A stretch of 63,893 bases of DNA, counting the filler, from Octopus bimaculoides (Eukaryota), in NCBI RefSeq assembly GCF_001194135.2. It is 5 parts of 4 records of this genome, joined end to end, with 100 filler letters (N's around TTAATTAATTAA, not from the genome) between each part and the next. Parts side by side here need not be neighbours in the genome. Positions count along the whole stretch, not along the records: positions 54,459 to 62,629 come from NC_068982.1; positions 62,730 to 63,893 come from NW_026372649.1; 3 more parts are not named here. One strand, given 5' to 3'. Position 1 is the stretch's first letter; every line of letters begins with the position of its first letter. The translations under genes and the position numbers were made by a program. Positions 61,975 to 63,893 of the stretch are shown here, piece after piece. The notes beneath the pieces were generated by a model. It was not told where the DNA came from. It searched no databases and was given only the letters and a program-made list of their open reading frames with translations.

Positions 61975-62416
61975 ATTTCAAATTTTCTTACAAGGGCAGC
62001 AATTCAGAAGAGAGGGTAAGTCGATTACGTCGACCCCAGTGTCCCGCTGGTATTTATTTTATTGACCCAAAAGTAGAAAAGGCAAAGTCAGCCTTGGTGG
62101 AAATTGAACTCAGAGCGTCAGGAAGGACGAAATGCCGCTAAGCATTTTGCCCGGCATGCCACCGACTCTGCTGGCTCAATAATAATAATAATAATAATAA
62201 TAGTATTTATAATAAGCTTTTCTACTGGAAGTCCAAGGCCTCAAATTTGCTGGAAGGGTTTAAGTCGATTACATAAGCCCCAGTATGCAACTGATACTTA
62301 ATTTATCGATACGGAAAGGTAGAGTCGGCCTCGGCGAAATTTGAACTCAGAACGTAAAGACAGACGAAATACCGCTAAGCCATTTCGCCCGGCGTGCTAA
62401 CGACTCTGCCAGCTCA
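61975..62416 (-). mobile_element. Two tandem SINE family A copies embedded in (TAA)n tracts
   Basis: Copies at 61975-62176 and 62218-62416; AAT runs at about 61960-61976, 62180-62205 and 62421-62578. Confidence 0.88.
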
Positions 62417-62420
62417 ATAG

Positions 62421-62578
<158 letters not shown>

Positions 62579-62870
62579 AACTGCATTAACATTTTATATT
62601 CATTTTTATAATAGAAATTTTATGATCCANNNNNNNNNNNNNNNNNNNNNNNNNNNNNNNNNNNNNNNNNNNNTTAATTAATTAANNNNNNNNNNNNNNN
62701 NNNNNNNNNNNNNNNNNNNNNNNNNNNNNTATATATTGTTTCTATGTATCGTGTGGTCCTTTGTGCATCTAATATCATCCGCATGTATGTGTATGTACAC
62801 ATGCACGCACACAACACACACATACACTCGTAGATACACACATATGCGCTCACACACATATATATATGTG

Positions 62871-62908
<38 letters not shown>

Positions 62909-62941
62909 CGTATATATATATATTTATATATATATATATAT

Positions 62942-62990
<49 letters not shown>

Positions 62991-63893
62991 TGTATACATA
63001 CTCATGAAATGTATTTATATCTACATTTCTGTGTGTACATTTTCGACACGTATACGTGATTATGAAACTTCACGTATCTTGCACATATATTTTCTACATA
63101 TTTCGACATATTCTTACAAGTATTTTAATGTCAAATTTATAATATTCTTCTGAATAACCATAAACTTTAACTTTATACAATATACCAATATTGTTTAAAA
63201 TATTTGACTATAGTACTACATGATAAGATTTCCCTTGTTTCATTATCAATGGTCTGCTAGTAGCCAGCCCCCTTAATTGTCAGCTAACATCTTGAATTAA
63301 GTTTTTCCTTTGCCAAATCTCATGATATTGCTTCTAATAAATCTTGATTTTTTTATGACTATACCCACTATGATTTCTGTCGACTCCCTCAGCCCTATCC
63401 CTAACAGACACTGCCCTTGTTCTCTCGGCCTAAGATATACACGGATTTGATAAAACTAGTCTATAAATTAAAACTAACCCCATAAAACAGTGACAAGCAA
63501 AATCTATAACAAGTCTTTCTTCCTGATACCTTAGTAGCTTCTAAGCTGAAGTCAAGGCAGCATGTTCTTTGAATATCTCCTTAACTTCTTGGAGATTTTA
63601 AGCAAAATTATACTAATATGTCCATCTGTTTTAATTTAATTAAATTAAATTCTATGTCTTTGTGCAGCTGAGGATTGCTCTGCATTTAAGTTGATGTAAT
63701 GGTTGCATTTTTCAATTCAATGGAGTTGCGTGAAACAATCGTACTGCATTACCTCTGGATATCCTTGTTGCTTATTTTGATTTTAATCATCTTATTTTGA
63801 AATTGTATGGATAATACCGTACTAAATACTGGTACCTCAACTTAAGTACCATATTCAACTTAATCTACATATATATAATATATATATATATAT

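Noticed and set aside
63480-63800. Possible old hAT transposase remnant on the minus strand
   Set aside because: No diagnostic motif could be read with confidence.

Overview
AT-rich eukaryotic DNA dense in microsatellites, with many assembly gaps. The tRNA-derived SINE families and repeat landscape point to an octopus (coleoid cephalopod) draft assembly; this is recognition, not a search result. No host protein-coding gene can be supported. Most ORFs in the supplied track are microsatellite or N-gap artefacts, so the window is probably intergenic or deep intronic. Supportable content: at least three tRNA-derived SINE families (labelled A, B and E here, more than 30 copies or fragments); five decayed R4/Dong-type retrotransposon relics with a restriction-like endonuclease (RLE); RTE-like and CR1-like LINE fragments; two decayed mariner transposases; a TA-flanked Tc1/mariner MITE; a MITE with GG-terminal TIRs and an 8-bp TSD; and fold-back elements. 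The most interesting observations are: (i) several short repeats carrying minimal type I hammerhead-ribozyme folds of the Penelope/retrozyme kind, including non-canonical cores; (ii) a ~310-bp palindromic insert with a 12-bp target-site duplication inside a mariner gene; (iii) a five-unit SINE array with a recurring ~17-bp spacer and an apparent age gradient; (iv) a possible SINE-to-R4 partner relationship.
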